A DNA stretch of 59,194 nt, filler included, from Sphacelaria rigidula (Eukaryota): assembly GCA_964200075.2 (NCBI GenBank). It is 10 parts of 10 records of this genome, joined end to end, with 100 filler letters (N's around TTAATTAATTAA, not from the genome) between each part and the next. Parts side by side here need not be neighbours in the genome. Positions count along the whole stretch, not along the records: positions 1 to 5,830 come from CAXNAA020024128.1; positions 5,931 to 11,760 come from CAXNAA020024129.1; positions 11,861 to 17,690 come from CAXNAA020024130.1; 7 more parts are not named here. One strand, written 5' to 3'. The position numbers and the translations under genes were made by a program. Positions 1 to 13,339 of the stretch are shown piece after piece. The notes under the pieces are model-generated. The model did no database searches. It was not told where the DNA came from and was given only the letters and a program-made list of their open reading frames with translations. Every line of letters starts with the position of its first letter. The first letter of the stretch is position 1.

Positions 1-129
1 GGGGGGTTAATGGGCAAAAAACAAAAGAAAGAAAAAAAAGAGGGCCCCCCCCCCCCCCCCCAAACCAGCCTAAACCTGTCACGAAGAAAATGGCCATACA
101 GCGCCTGATGTTTGGTTCAGGCTGCATGT

Positions 130-620
130 AGCCCCTCTTATGGGCAACATTGGCGAAAACGAACCCAAGCGCGGGACTCCTCAGCTACTCGTTGTGCTCG
201 GCTTTCTTTTCATTTCGATTCAGGTGTAGATTTTGCCTCCCCCAACCGGCCACTTTTCGTCGGGAGGCTATCGTAGAAAGTGTCAAAGAGGGTATCCGCG
301 TTCGCGAATAATGTGGCAGTCCGGTGTTGAGGACCAGCACGCAGAACCGGTTTCGTTGAGAAGCGGGGAATAAGACGCAATATTGAGTTGTTTCAGTTGT
401 TCCGGAACTCGGATCCACTCATGATATGGTATGTGGACGGTTGAAGCTTGAAAGTGTGATACTTGAAAAATTGGCTTCTTCAGCCGCATTGACCGCCAAG
501 AGAGTTGGGTACAACTCGAAATCAACTGAGCTTGTTCGAATTGTAGCATTTGCGGTGTAACGCCCTCGTCCATGCAATTACTTCACCCTACGGGTATCGC
601 TTGCTGAATGACCTTGTGAA
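130..620 (-). pseudogene. Possible decayed Harbinger/IS5-like DDE transposase fragment
   Basis: The minus strand reads HIIRERGYPL, then after frameshifts KAEHNE*L..SRAWV..FANV, resembling the D(S/R)GYP...N......R..VE..F signature. It has several stops and frameshifts; motif-level match only. Confidence 0.25.
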
Positions 621-3600
621 AATTGAAACGTCACGATATCTCCTCACCGAGAGTTGAAAAAACAGTTGTTAGGAAAAGCCGCGAAAACCTGCTACGGACA
701 GTAACACGTTGAGTCGACGCCAGAGCAACACATTCCGTCCCAGATGATTTATAAGCATTTGCGCCATCCCGTGCATTCCTTTATTATGCTGTAGTTAGCG
801 GCATGTGTCCGAATATTGGGCGATATAAACCGTTCGGAAAAAACGCTTCGAAACCTGCTCCTGTACGCAGTACGATGCAAGAAAATATGTATACAGAAAA
901 GAAAAAAAAATGAACTCCAGTCATTTTGCGCCCACGTTTGTTGAGTGGGTCTCCGCATCCCGCGAAATATGAGCAGACTCTACTTGTTTTGTACCCATGT
1001 AGGACCGTAGAAGATTCGTACTGCCTGTCTTGTGTCCAGTGCAAAGCTGCCCCCTCACTGCACCATCACATGCCGCATCATACCAGATTTCGGACTTTAA
1101 GGGGGAAGGGAGCTGCCGCTAATAAGTGCGTCTACGCCAGCATAGAGTATTAGTTTGGTGTCATACACAGCGCGTCTACAGTAGTGGGCTGTCTACAGTA
1201 ACTATTCAGGGGTGTTTTGAGGTTTTCCTCGCGTACTACTCTTGGATAGAACTCGAAATTACTAGCGTCGGTAGATTTTGGTACGATAAACAGATCATCC
1301 TCGAAACGCAGTGCCCAAGTCAGTGTTCGTTGGTGCTATCGGGCGATACGAGTAAATACCCCGTTTATCAGGAAGATGCTATTGACCGTGACACACAGTT
1401 TTTCGGCTTCAATACAAGAAGTAGGTAGAATTAAAAAAAAAAAACAGAACTGTACATTTCTTCACAAATATGATCGGGACAGGCTCGATCGACCAAACAT
1501 ACCGAAGCGTAAGAATCTGGGCTGAAACGGTGGCAGGACCCCCGATGACCGGTCAGCCCGCAAGTCACTCTACATTGAGTACAAATTATTATTATTTCTT
1601 GGAATGTGGAGCGGATACCAATATTTTGAGATTCCTATTGTGATAAGCGGTGGAAAGCGAAAAGAGCCCAAGAAAATCGCCAATTACGAAAAAATCACAA
1701 AAAACGTCACAAAATGAATAGTTAGACCGCCCACGACTGGACCATTTCTGATGTCAGCTTGTGGTCGCCCTTACGTGAGTACTACCGTGCCGAGAATGTT
1801 TAGTAGAAGTGCGTGTACTCGACTTTTGACTGCAGCAACAAAAGGACGAATCTCGTCTGCATGAAGCGACAAAGATGGACACGAGGGTACATCCATCTTG
1901 TGGATAATTACACATGAACAGGCTTGTGGATCATGACCTCGGGCATCAGTTCATGTGCGAGAAGTGCATCAAAGGACCAGCGGGCCTGTCTTCTGGGAGC
2001 GCGCGAAGTCGTAGAACGTATGCTATCTGTGTTGACGTTAAGATGAATGCAAAGCGCATGAAGTGTGTATCAACTGATAAGCCTAGGTGAGGGCCAAGAT
2101 AAGCGAAGGCTGCACCAAGGGAGGGGCAGAATCGTGGTGGTGAACAGAATGAACAATTGCGCAAATACTTTGCTTGGACACTGTACTCGACGCCAAAACC
2201 GGGGTGGGGGGGGGGGGGGGGTACTTGTTTGTTGCTTGCCTTAGTCGTTTGACCATTCACCACGCGTCCCGTTTGAGGCGGAGCCATTGATCTCCAAGTA
2301 TAGACCCGGGGGGAGGAGGCGGGAAGGAGCATACGGTTTGGAGTTCACACACATTCTTACCTAGTTGGCACATTTAACAGAGCTATCGGAGCATGCCTGG
2401 TTTTTTCAAAGGCTGAAAGAGAACTTTGATGACAAATGTAATGTCCGCGAAGTCATCATGGCGGAGACCGGTCACGCCGCGGCGTATTTGAAAACACAAG
2501 ACAAGATGTACCGCCGACATATGCTACATCGCACAAATTTCGGGTGAATTCCAGACGGAGTGAAGCCATTTCTACCGCCGTCCCTAATTTTCAGCGGCCC
2601 ATTCAGCTTTCTTGTGTAAAAAAAACGGTCCCAAGTTTTCGCACATGCTCGTCTGTGGAGAGTTGATATCCACATGTGTGGAGCTACAGTGGAATAAGTT
2701 GCGTCCGATAGCCTCGTGACTCTATACGCACAATAAGAGTGGGGTTGCCACTACTCCCTCCGGGTAAAAGAATATTCAGAAACACCTTCCCTTGCGAATC
2801 TCTTTTGGCGACGAGATATCACCAACGCTCGGTACTGGCGACCGTTTGTTTGGCAGGGAGACGGGCAAACGAGGCTCTACAGGAGAATAAGACCGAAAAG
2901 GCCTCTATCGGTGCACATCCCCGACCATTTTGACAACCGTGTCTTTTTTTTCAGCGGAAACGTTCGCTTATGGGTGTTTCCCACCTGTCCTACGCCGACC
3001 GTGATCACCTTACTTTACCAGCAAGAGCGAATGGACGGCGATGGCGTGTGGACATCGGAGGGTCGCTACATTAAGCACCATACAGGTGGAGAGCGCGTGC
3101 GCCTTGCCACAATAGTGTGAACGAAACTGTGCTGCGCTGTACCACCCCGCAGGTCTGGTGTCTATGCTAATAAATATCGCCTTCCTCGGGGAATTTCCCG
3201 GCCCAATATCTCCGTAAATGCCGTATTTGTTGGGCAAAAGGGCTGTTCGACAATGAAGGACTCAAGTCACATTCTGAAATATGCACTGAATAGGCGTAGG
3301 GGGCATATTTTTTAGCCGTTGCGTTATAAATTTCCGACACATAATGCTGCACCGTAGAAAATGTATACCGTCGACGAAGCCTCGACGAGAGTTACCCGGG
3401 AGCGATCATCCTCTGACCAAGGCTGATATTGTTGGAAATATCTGACTCTTAGCAGCCTTTGACACAGTGAAAGCTACACCTGCTTTTTGGTTATATAATC
3501 TATGATTGATCTGGCATGATCAAAATGAGATTCAAGGGTAGACGGCGCAGGTGTCTACCAGCTGTCTCCCTCTACCCGAACAAAAGTGCTATTTTGACGA

Positions 3601-3812
3601 CCGTTGTTGGTCAGAATGATCATCCCACCGCATTTAGACTGTGGATCCAGTGCTGGTCCAGAGCAACGACGGTTGTACGGTATCCATCTATGGCCGAACG
3701 TGTGGCAAACAAGCTAGGTGCTTCTTTACGGTTGTGGACAAAATAAACTTGACTAGTTTTGGCCCCATGCCGTGCTGGTGTAACCCTTACGATTTGCACA
3801 GGGGGTCTCCGC

Positions 3813-4190
3813 GGCTTAGGGCCGAAGCTCATAAAAGTACGGCGGCGCTTGCACTGCGCCAAGTTGACGGAGGGCGTTAGTGAGTTCGACCCCCACACTT
3901 GCCTTGAGCAATGCGTTCCGAACGCTCGAGGCGCCTACCCCACATCCACATGACTGCCGCGAGGAGGTCTAGCCGAGCTCCGGAAAATCAGCACACGCAC
4001 AGGTTCACGGGGTAAGTGTTGGGTCAGGTTTCCTCCTTCCTCCAAGAATAAAAGGGGGGGATCCCAGCTACGCCTTTGCCCCTTATGGTGAGGCCGAACA
4101 GGAAGGGAGCCAAACTCGAGAGCCACGATCACTGGCCAGAGCGATGAGAGTCGCAGGGTTTTAACCTTGTACCCCTCGAGGGACAGCTAC
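3813..4190. repeat. Interspersed repeat shared with 11690-11760
   Basis: TAGGGCCGAAGCT...GGCGGCGC...ACTGCGCCAAGTTGA...GG..TTAGTG occurs at ~3817-3882 and ~11692-11758 on different contigs. The right boundary is uncertain. Confidence 0.6.
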
Positions 4191-5099
4191 GCGTACGAAT
4201 ATACTAGGCATAACAGGAAAAGCACCACATAACAACACACACCACCTCGGGGGGATGGATGCGTTGGAGTCAGCAGTTCGTAGAAAAAAGAATACGAGGG
4301 GAGATGTTTTTTTTTCAAAAATATTATGCGCCTCGTTCAAATGGGGGTCATTCTGAAGCGGATTCCCCGCTGAGGCGTTACCATTACTAGATTATAGTTT
4401 GCAAGACCCAAAAACAAGAACGCACACTTTATGCGAATTATGCGAAAGCGTGAAGGGCAAAGGTCTAGTCTCAGCGCGTGCATGATGGCTCCAAGCCTTT
4501 TTCCTGGTCGACTGCATGTACACAAGGCTTGTTTCGGCCGCAATTTGTCCGGCATTTCAGGAGCTTCGGCATCCCGCACCGCGCCAACATTAGCGCAGAC
4601 GGTAACGTCGCCGCTCGGCTGCGAAGACCGACTGAAGCGTGTGAAGCATATTGTGATGAGTGTACAGCAAATCGCGGCAGCGCTGCCTCAGAGTTAATGT
4701 TCAGCGACAAAACTTTTACCGGATGATGTCTTCTTCGACAGCTCGGAACGAGGGGTTTGCGAGCAGCGCATGAAATTCCGCCATGCTCCTGTTTTTCTTG
4801 AGCGTCCTATGATCCATCATTTTCAGCGCAGGGTGTGTGTTGTGTGTTGTGTGTTGTGTGTTGTGTGTCGTGCTGTTCGACGTGTCTTTTGTTGACGAAC
4901 ACTGCAGTGGCTGGGCTGTGGTATTGAGTGGTTCTATAAAAAAAAAACCTTGGAAACACGAAATAGCAAGGGATTCCAAAATATGGGAACTACAGTATTT
5001 TGGTCTCGAAAAGGAAAAAGAAGGAATCGTGCTCGGAATTGTGGGAAACAGGACCCGCCCCCCGCCCCCCCCCCCGGCGTGCTTCGTCCCGATTTTGTA

Positions 5100-5646
5100 G
5101 GGACGGACGCCCTATGGGGTTGGCATTGGTTGGCAACAACGCTGTGAAACACGCCCCTCACTACGTGAACTGGACAGGCAGGTTACCGGTTTTTATTGCA
5201 CACTCACGTTTTTTTTCCGGTAACCACGATGGGGTCGAGCTAGATCCGATTGAGTGGGGTGGAGAAACCTCAATTCCGCGCAAAGGGAATGATCGCCCGA
5301 CGTAGTCTTGAAATGGTGACACATCCATGAGGCAGTGTGTACCCTGTGGCTGTCTCTGCAAGTGGCGATGCCAGAAAATGGAGCAACTCATTGGAGGCTG
5401 CCATCCAAATGCAAAACGATCCGTACGCTTCGGGCCGAACCGTCTTAGCAGGATGCAGCTCACCATCCATGCGACTGCCGAACACATCACGGCGCTTCGC
5501 ACTTGGTGATTGTTTGCGAGCCTGGTCCGGCGAAAACCCGGCGTGCTCCGTCCCGGCTTTGTGAGGATGCGGGGTCAATAGCCATATGACTACGGTTTGC
5601 AAGATCATGAGTACACCCCCCCCCTCTACAATTACTAAGGCAAGCA
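5100..5646 (-). repeat. Family A interspersed repeat (poly-G/TACTCAT-headed), minus-strand copy
   Basis: Reverse complement of the AATCACCAAG(C/T)GCGAAGCGCCGTGATGTGTTCGGC...CCCGAAGCGTAC core that is also found at 19880-20380, 21600-22200, 32560-32670, 35579-35830 and 43830-43970. Confidence 0.85.
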
Positions 5647-5830
5647 ATATATGGGATGAATACTACCCTCCGTGAGGCACTTCCGATTAAACAATAACCT
5701 CATCATTGTGAAAATTGTTGGGAACGGTAGCATTGAATTATAGCGATCGTACCCTAGTTTCCTTCCTTCTCCCGAGTGATGCTGCGATAGGGTCTGCGCT
5801 TTTGCGGCCTGAGAGGAAATCGGGATTCAG

Positions 5831-5930
5831 NNNNNNNNNNNNNNNNNNNNNNNNNNNNNNNNNNNNNNNNNNNNTTAATTAATTAANNNNNNNNNNNNNN
5901 NNNNNNNNNNNNNNNNNNNNNNNNNNNNNN
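5831..5930. other. Artificial contig-joining spacer (N44-TTAATTAATTAA-N44), first of nine
   Basis: Identical 100-nt spacers lie at 5831-5930, 11761-11860, 17691-17790, 23621-23720, 29550-29649, 35479-35578, 41408-41507, 47337-47436 and 53266-53365. The intervening pieces are 5830 bp (first four) and 5829 bp (last six). The 12-mer puts stops in all frames. Confidence 0.98.
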
Positions 5931-7925
5931 CACTCTCCATTTCCTAGTGTATTCTGGCGCCTTATCTATCTGTGTCTGTAGTCCTTCTGGTGTTCCTGGA
6001 ATCCCCATAAAACCATCTGCGAACATCAATCCTGATACCATATCTTCACCTACCTTGACCCCTTCCTTTGCTGCTTCTATTGCTGACATCAGGTCATTAA
6101 CGAATATCTTGAACAAAGTGGGTTATAATGTACACCCTTGTGCAATCCCTTGTAAGACATCGAAATACTTTAATATTTCCCCGTCTAGCATGATGGCACT
6201 TTTTGCACATTCTGTCATCTTCTTCACCATTCTCCACATCTATCCTCTTATCCCAGCTTCTCCCAAAGTTTTCCACAACCCATTTGTCCACACTGTGTCA
6301 TAACCCTTTTGCACGTCCAGAAAAAAACAGGACGTCATCAGGCCGGCGTCTTTCCTACCCTGAATAATCTTACTTATTGTGTACACATGATCTACGCAAC
6401 TATGTTTTGGTCTCAAACCTGCTCGCCCCTCGCTGATTTTCTCCTGCTTTTCTAGCATCATTCCTACTCTATCGTTCAGAATCTTACAGAACGGTTTCCC
6501 TACCGTGCTCAGTAGCGTTATCCCTCTATACTTTCCAGGGTCAACCTTGTCTCTTTTTTTAAAAGACTGACTACTACCCCTTCTCTGCATCTCTTGAGCG
6601 CGTACTCGTTTTCCCAGATCCAGTTATACAGCATAACCATCACGGTAATCATTCCCTCTCCCCCGTACTTTAGAGATTAACTTCTCCGTCTGCCCCTACT
6701 GCCTTTCTGTTCTTGAGTTTAGCTCCGCACTTCTTTACTTCATCTCTGATAAATTTTCTCTGCAATCGTTTCGAGCCACCATCCTCCCGTTTCGACGTCT
6801 CTACATTTGCCTCTCCCCACGCGTTGATTCCTGTTCCAAATTCCGTGCCGAACTCCGTGGTTGCTTTTGGTGTTCCTAGCTTACGGTAGAACTCGACTAG
6901 CACTTCTCTCTCCCCCTTCGAACTACTGATCATTTTATCGGTCTGTGCCTGTGGTGTGGGTATCCCGTTGTCATTTTTTCTTGCCTGGTTTCCCATAATC
7001 CCATCTATCCCTGCCCACATTTTGTTCATCTCACCATCCAAATCTTAATTTGTCGTATTCACTACATCTTCCCATGCTTTGTTATTGTTCTTCTGTGCCA
7101 TATTTTTTACTTCCTTCCAAGCTTTACTGTACTCCTTCTATCCTCCCGTGCTTTCGCTCGACATCCATCTGTTGTGAGCCTCTGTCTTTGCTCCTATATG
7201 GCCTCTTTCACTCCCTCATCCCGCCGTTTTGCTGCTCTGTTGCATGCGATCAGTTTTTTCTACATGACTTCACTCAGTATGTTCTTGACCAGCTGCTCCC
7301 ATCCTTTTATGATCTTCGCTCCTGCCCGATTTCTTTCCATTTCGGTATCAACTGTACCTACGCGTTCCAACAGCTCGGAAAATTTCACTGCATGTTTGTC
7401 CATCTCTTCTCGGAACTCTTGCTGTTTTTCTTCCATACCTAGTTTACCGATTCTCCATCTGTACAGCTTCCTACCCCGCCTATTTATTTTAGCTCTCGCC
7501 TGTTGGCTTTCTGTCCATATTAGGCAGCGGTCTGTGGTTCCCACGTCCTCCTGGCATACATGTACTTGCAAAATTTACCTATTTCCATGCTCCATCACTC
7601 TATAGTTAAGAACGGAGTGTTCTATCTTTTTCCGTCTGCATTCCCTCGTCCACGTCCATTGCACCTCTGGCTTTAGTATTCTATCGTTCAGCGCCTTCAT
7701 CCCGTTATGCTCAAGGAACTTGAGCATTTCTACCCCATTCGTCTTCTTCTTATCTTTCCCGTATTGCCCAATGATATCATCTGGTTAAGCTGCTCTTCCT
7801 ACCCTTGCATCAACATCTAACACTTACATTACCCCTCCTTGCCTTTTATACTCATGTACATCTGCTGTTATCTCTCCAAACCCCCATTGTATAGCGTTGA
7901 CCATACTCTTCGATTCTTGGGGCAT
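5931..7925 (-). mobile_element. Decayed non-LTR retrotransposon (LINE) ORF2: endonuclease C-terminus and RT
   Basis: Frameshifted minus-strand pieces: DVGTTDRCLIW (SDH-like end of APE), KKRDKVDPGKYRGITLLSTVGKPFCKILNDR, QEKISEGRAGLRPKHSCVDH, FFLDVQKGYDTVW, QGIAQGCTL*PTLFKIFVNDL and GLMFADG (decayed FADD). Truncated by the contig end. Confidence 0.93.
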
Positions 7926-8369
7926 GTAGATGTTAGCTACGAAGAAGTCCTTCGTTCCCCGCTCCCCTGGCACGCTTATTCATGTGATCTCGTCGAATTT
8001 CGTGTCGTCGATCACTTCTATAATGTTACACAGGTATTCCTTGACTAAGAATCGTCGAGATTCAGAATCCTACGGCAGAGGGGCAGGGGGAATTCTCGAT
8101 CGTTTCCTCCACGAAATTCTACTTCAAATCGTGGTCGAAAGCAACAACAGTTGTTTGGACGCCCTGGTTACCGATAACTAACACTCACCCATACTGCTTG
8201 ACACCACGTTCACCTAAGGACAAGTGCACAGCGAGTGCGTTAGGTCGTCTGACACGCCTATGTGCCTCTTGTTTCGTGGATTCACCCTCCCCCCCCCTCC
8301 CCCCTTCCCAGCCTACCAGGCTTGGGGGAAGGGGGGGGTATACTCATGATCATGCATGCAATGGGCTTC

Positions 8370-11300
8370 GGTCATGTGATACTCCGTCCCATCAACCGAC
8401 AGTGCTTTGAGGAACGCCCGGGGGAGTAAATCTTTTTCCAGCAAACACATGTACTTAAGGCCATGATACCCCCAGTGTCATTGCTCAACACCACTAGTGC
8501 AGCAAACTCCTCCAGAAAAAAGCTTTTAGCTGGATTACAACCATGATACTCCTTGCCACCTTCCCTCATTGATTGGGTTGTGACATCGCGTGAAAGAAAC
8601 GACTCTCGGTCGCACCTTTTGTGCTGGGTCGTGAACATGGTTCACGTTAGCCATTCACCAACACTGCTCCTAGAACACCGCCTGAACTTCGCTCTAGTTA
8701 ATATTTTCATCTAGCAATATCCGAGCAATGGCACCTGTTCTCACCTCCCGAATCTGTTTGGGATCGCCGCGCGAAGTACCTCTATTAAGAAATTTTGAAA
8801 GCAGGTTTTGAGTCATGATTCCTCTTCTCATCTGCCAACACTGGTTTGAAGAAGGTAACTATTGGTCATAACTTCATCCATAGGGCTGTAGTCATGATAC
8901 TCGGTCTCCTCGACCAACACTTCACAGGTTTGAGCAAGAACTCCGTAGGACTGGAGTTGACTTCTTTTCAACAAAATGTGTGGATCGGTTTCATTCATTA
9001 CAATCCTCGTTGTTATATATCAACACTAGTTTGCGGACACCGGGTGAAGTAAACGTAATTCGTGTTGAAAAACGTTGTGCCTTGCGTGTTGGTTATGATC
9101 CTCGTCCTCATTCACCAACGTCTGCCCGGGAACATTGCGTTGGGGTAACTCTTGTCAGTACGTTTTCGTGTTCTGGGTTTTCGTCGTTATACTCGTTCTC
9201 AGGACGACACTGGTTTAGCAGCACCCGGTGAAGGGAGCTCGTATTGCCAAAACTGGCGTCATGAGTTAGGTCATCATACTTGATGGTATCTTTGAACACT
9301 GGTAGACAAACAATCGTCGAAGCGGAACTGGGTTTCCTGGGTTTCAGTTGTAAAGGTTCGTGACAGGTAGAAGCACTGGTTTGGAAACATCACGCGAAGC
9401 TACAGCAAGCTGGTGTCCTGAGTGTTGTTCCATGATAACTGTCCTTGTGTGTCAATAACACTGGTTCGGCGGAACGCGGTAAAAGTAGGTCCCGTTCGCG
9501 CAACCTCTGCGCTGGGTCTTCAGCATGGTATTCTGTCTCATGTACGAGCACTGGTTATGAAACGTCGAACAAAGTAGCATATGTCGCGCGTAGTGACTTT
9601 TGCTCTTCAAAGCGGTCGGGTCTATCAATATTGGTTGGAGAAAACCCGGCGAAGGTAACTCTCAACGACGTTTCCCGTATTTCGTTTTTTTCGTGATACC
9701 CGCCCTCTCCTGCAAACACTCAATGGGAAGACCGGGCTGAGTTGACTCCTGTCAGCAAAACCTATCTGCCAGACTTTATGAACGATGTTCGTCCTCCTCT
9801 ATCAATACGGGCGGGGTACCGGGAAGTTAGGTTCCTCAGCAAAGTTGTGCGGCGCGTTCGGTTATTACACTTGATATCCTTTACTGGCTTGCGGATACCG
9901 ACGGAGTGTACTGTCATCAGCAAGACTTGTGTGCCGTGCTTTATTCACGAAGTTTCCCGTCCTCTGTCACAGCTGAGTGGAATTCTTCATCTCCAGCAAA
10001 AACTGCTTCTTAAATTTTCTGCATGATACTTGGTGTCGTCAAGCGGAACTGGTTTGCGGACATCTCGTTAAGTACTGCTACTTGACACTATTTGTGCTGC
10101 GGGTTGTGAACATGACATTTACTATCAACACGCCTTGGGGACAACGGGGGATTTCCGCTCTGGTGGTCAATACGTGTGCTGGATTTTGTACATTATATGA
10201 CCGCATCCCCGCCAATATGGGTTTGGGGACACCGATTGCAGTCAGCTCTTCTGAGCAATATCTGTCTGCTGGGTTGCATTTGCGATGATTATGGGCCTTT
10301 TGCATAAACGCTGTTCGACAACATCGAGTGAGGCTAGCTCTTGTTGCCAGACTTTCTCGCCGAGCGTTTTGCATGATAATCGATCCCCTCTATCTATACT
10401 GGTTCAGGAGCACAGTATCAAGTGATCTCTTGCTGAAAGACGTTTCCGCCAGTTTGTATTGACGATACTCACTTTCCCGTATCAATAACGGCATATAAAA
10501 GCCGGGATGATCTTGACTCTTCTTCGCGTTGTCTGAGTGGAGAGTTGTGGGTATGATATCCGTTCTTCACTATTATTGATGCTGTTTGGGTACAGCGGGT
10601 GAAATGCACTGCACTTGAATAACACTTGTGGGGTGTTTTTGATCCGCGTATGGTGCTCGATCTCCTTCATGCACAGTGTTCGGGAGCGTCGAGCTAAGTT
10701 AGCCGTTATTTGCTAACCTTACGCGGTGGGGTCGAGTCAAGGCATTCGATGTCCATACCAAGATCATTTTGTGAACATCTGGCGAAGCTATCTCCTCTTA
10801 GCAAGCCTTGTATGTGTTGGTTCCTGTGCACGATGCTTGGTCTCGTCTATCCACTCTGGTTTGCCAACACCGGCCGGAGTTACCCGTCGTCGGAACTTCT
10901 TGTGTGGCGGTCTTGTGCGTGATTTGCCGTTGCCGTCTGTGGATCTTCAAGATCTCCTATGAACACACCTTGGAAGCACCGGGTGAGGTCAATTCTTGTT
11001 GGCACTTCATGTACCCTGGGTTTTGTGAATGGCAATCGGCCTCCGTTACCCACACCGGCTCCAGCACATGGGGTGGAATAACCTCGTTTTAGCAAAGCTT
11101 GTTTCCTGGGTATTATTGGTGAGATTTGTTGTGTTATATCAAAACTCATTCTGGAACGATGTGCCGTTGACTCTTCTTGTTAGATGGAATCCGTTCCACC
11201 AGTGTCGGGCAAAATATTCGTTCTGCACGTTACAACTCGTGCGTAAAGACGTCTAGGCAATCCTTCGCGAAAATGATCATTTTCATGTCGCATGTACTCA

Positions 11301-11450
11301 TGACACTGGTTTTCCGCGTTAGTTCTCAGTTATCACTCCCATCGACCGATGCAGAGACCGTGTGGTGACGTCTCTCGGGCGTGCACGGCCTAGAGCAGAA
11401 CGCGGGGTGAGTTGACGGTTGACTTCCGTTGGTTGTCTCATCGAACGCTT
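8370..11450. repeat. Cryptic, highly diverged tandem array, period ~86-92 bp, ~35 units
   Basis: CATGATAC-like boxes recur at ~8375, 8462, 8542, 8636, 8814, 8893, 9094, 9185, 9272, 9431, 9523, 9692, 10022, 10111, 10284, 10372, 10462, 10552, 10830 and 10918. They are usually followed ~25 nt later by (A)CACTGGTTT, then ACACCGGGTGAAGT-like, ACTCT, CAGCAA and CTGGGTT blocks. Confidence 0.75.
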
Positions 11451-12559
11451 CACACTATTCTTGAAATGCTTGGTACACAGAGCAACTGGGCGAACTGTTC
11501 AATTCAAGGTATCTCCACCTCACGAACGAAAAACACACGGCCTGTGCGAGATACGACGCACACAGCGACACGAGGCTGCGCTCTCTCTTCATACGCAGCT
11601 GTTATCAATCTCACTCTCACCTGGGACATGACGAATTTCGGGTAATCGATATGGGGTTGCTGCTCTTGATGTGGCTACCCATGGGTGGGCCTAGGGCCGA
11701 AGCTTTCAGAAGCAGGGCGGCGCGTGTACTGCGCCAAGTTGATAGGGGGTTTTAGTGGGANNNNNNNNNNNNNNNNNNNNNNNNNNNNNNNNNNNNNNNN
11801 NNNNTTAATTAATTAANNNNNNNNNNNNNNNNNNNNNNNNNNNNNNNNNNNNNNNNNNNNTGCACGTTCTGGGCAATTCTCAGCTACCGAGATCAACTGC
11901 CTACATACCGCTTCTCCATCCGCACCCACTACATACATATTAACTGCACCCTGCAAGTCATCGCCAGAGGGATACGCATAACTCATGACAGTAGATCCTT
12001 CTGTCTTTCCACAGCCCACCTGGTTTTAGGGCGTTGTGAAAATGACCACACGGTGGCATGTACACTCCTTCCCGGTTTTCCGGTCGACCCTGTGTTAGTG
12101 TAATTACTACGTTTTAGTAGGAAAGTGAGACCCAAAAAACCCACCGGAAAACTCCGGAGCGGTATACTGAGTGCAAGTCACATCATTCAACCAAGCTCCG
12201 ACCGCCGTGCACTTGGAAACTTGCGAAGGCTTATCTGGGCCAGAGGTAGGGTCCCCACGATCTTTACTGTGACATCATACTCGGCAACAACCCCAGCACT
12301 GCTCGTTCGGGTCTGATCGATAAATTTCGCCTCGCTGTGATTGGGCAGGTCGCTCGAAGATTTGTTTTTTTATTATTTCACTAACACAGGGTCAACCCTG
12401 TGTTAGTGGGGGGTCGGTCGCAAAAGAGTTCAAAAGTGTGCGAAACATCCGGTAGAGGTCAAATGAAAGTGGGGAGAAGACGAACTGCCGATGGTAAACC
12501 AATATACATACCTTGGCGTAAACAACTTAAACGTCTGTTCTTAGGACGTACACATAAAT

Positions 12560-13310
12560 AAAGTAGTATAAAGGGTGAGGCACAGATAGGAAGGATAAAC
12601 GCGATTCTCAGAGACTCGCACCTATATACTTGGATTAAGAGATGTATCCTAATGAACGTGATTGCAATAAAGTTGGAATGGACAGAAGGAGCATGGGAGG
12701 AGGACGTGAAGTTGGTAACGAAGTTGGAAACAGTACAGACGGCAGCACCTGAGAAAATACTTGGGTGCTCAAAAACGACGAGGAATATGTCTTTGAGAGC
12801 AGAGTTAGGAATGTACCCGCTTAAAACACAAACATGAGAAACTAGAGATGGCAATATCGCGAAAAGAAGACGCAGGGAGACATATTGCCAGCCATGACTA
12901 ATAGGGCTGTATGGAAGCAAATGAAGAGAGGACAGGCTGGAATGAAGTGGGAGAGAGAGGTCGAGAAAGTATGGAAGGAGGTAGGAGGAAGCCAAGACTG
13001 AAAACTGACCATAGGTCAAGGCGCGGGGTACAAGACAAGAGTAAGAGACATGATAGAAACGAGGGGAAAATGAACGCTCGCATGCAAAGTAGACGAGGAA
13101 GAACACCTGAAGATATACTGGGGGTTGAGAGAGAGGATAGAGATGAAAACATATCTACATGGTTCAGTGAATGCGGCGAAAAAAATGATAATGCGGTTTC
13201 GAGTGGGAAATCTGGATCTGCCAGAAAGAAGAAAAAAACATACTAGTTGTCGAGAGGAGGAGGACGTAGATGCATAGAATTGCCCCTGTAGCAAAGTGAT
13301 GAAGAGCAGA
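12560..13310 (+). mobile_element. Decayed LINE ORF2 C-terminal fragment
   Basis: KLETVQTAAPEKILGCSKTTRNMSLRAELGMYPLKT is typical of the post-RT region of non-LTR ORF2; purine-rich and frameshifted. The motif ATAGGGCTGTATGGA recurs at ~47311-47325. Confidence 0.75.
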
Positions 13311-13339
13311 AATAAATACGGAAACGCTTTAGCGTGGAG

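Noticed and set aside
2350..3760. Coding-like stretch including LLAAFDTV (RT-like)
   Set aside because: Isolated motif among stops, with no other RT motifs in order.
4471..4823. Possible two-exon gene (MMDHRTLKK..DIIR|gtaaaa) on the minus strand
   Set aside because: Splice-like signals exist, but the product is short with no recognisable similarity.
5875..5886. TTAATTAATTAA motif recurring every ~5.93 kb as a biological periodic element or piggyBac TTAA site
   Set aside because: It is always centred in identical N-runs, so it is an assembly linker.
5931..13310. LINE RT (5931-7925) plus LINE C-terminus (12560-13310), or RT plus array, as one retro-system
   Set aside because: The two LINE pieces are on different contigs and strands. 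The RT beside the 88-bp array is a frameshifted, common-type LINE with no evidence of a functional link.
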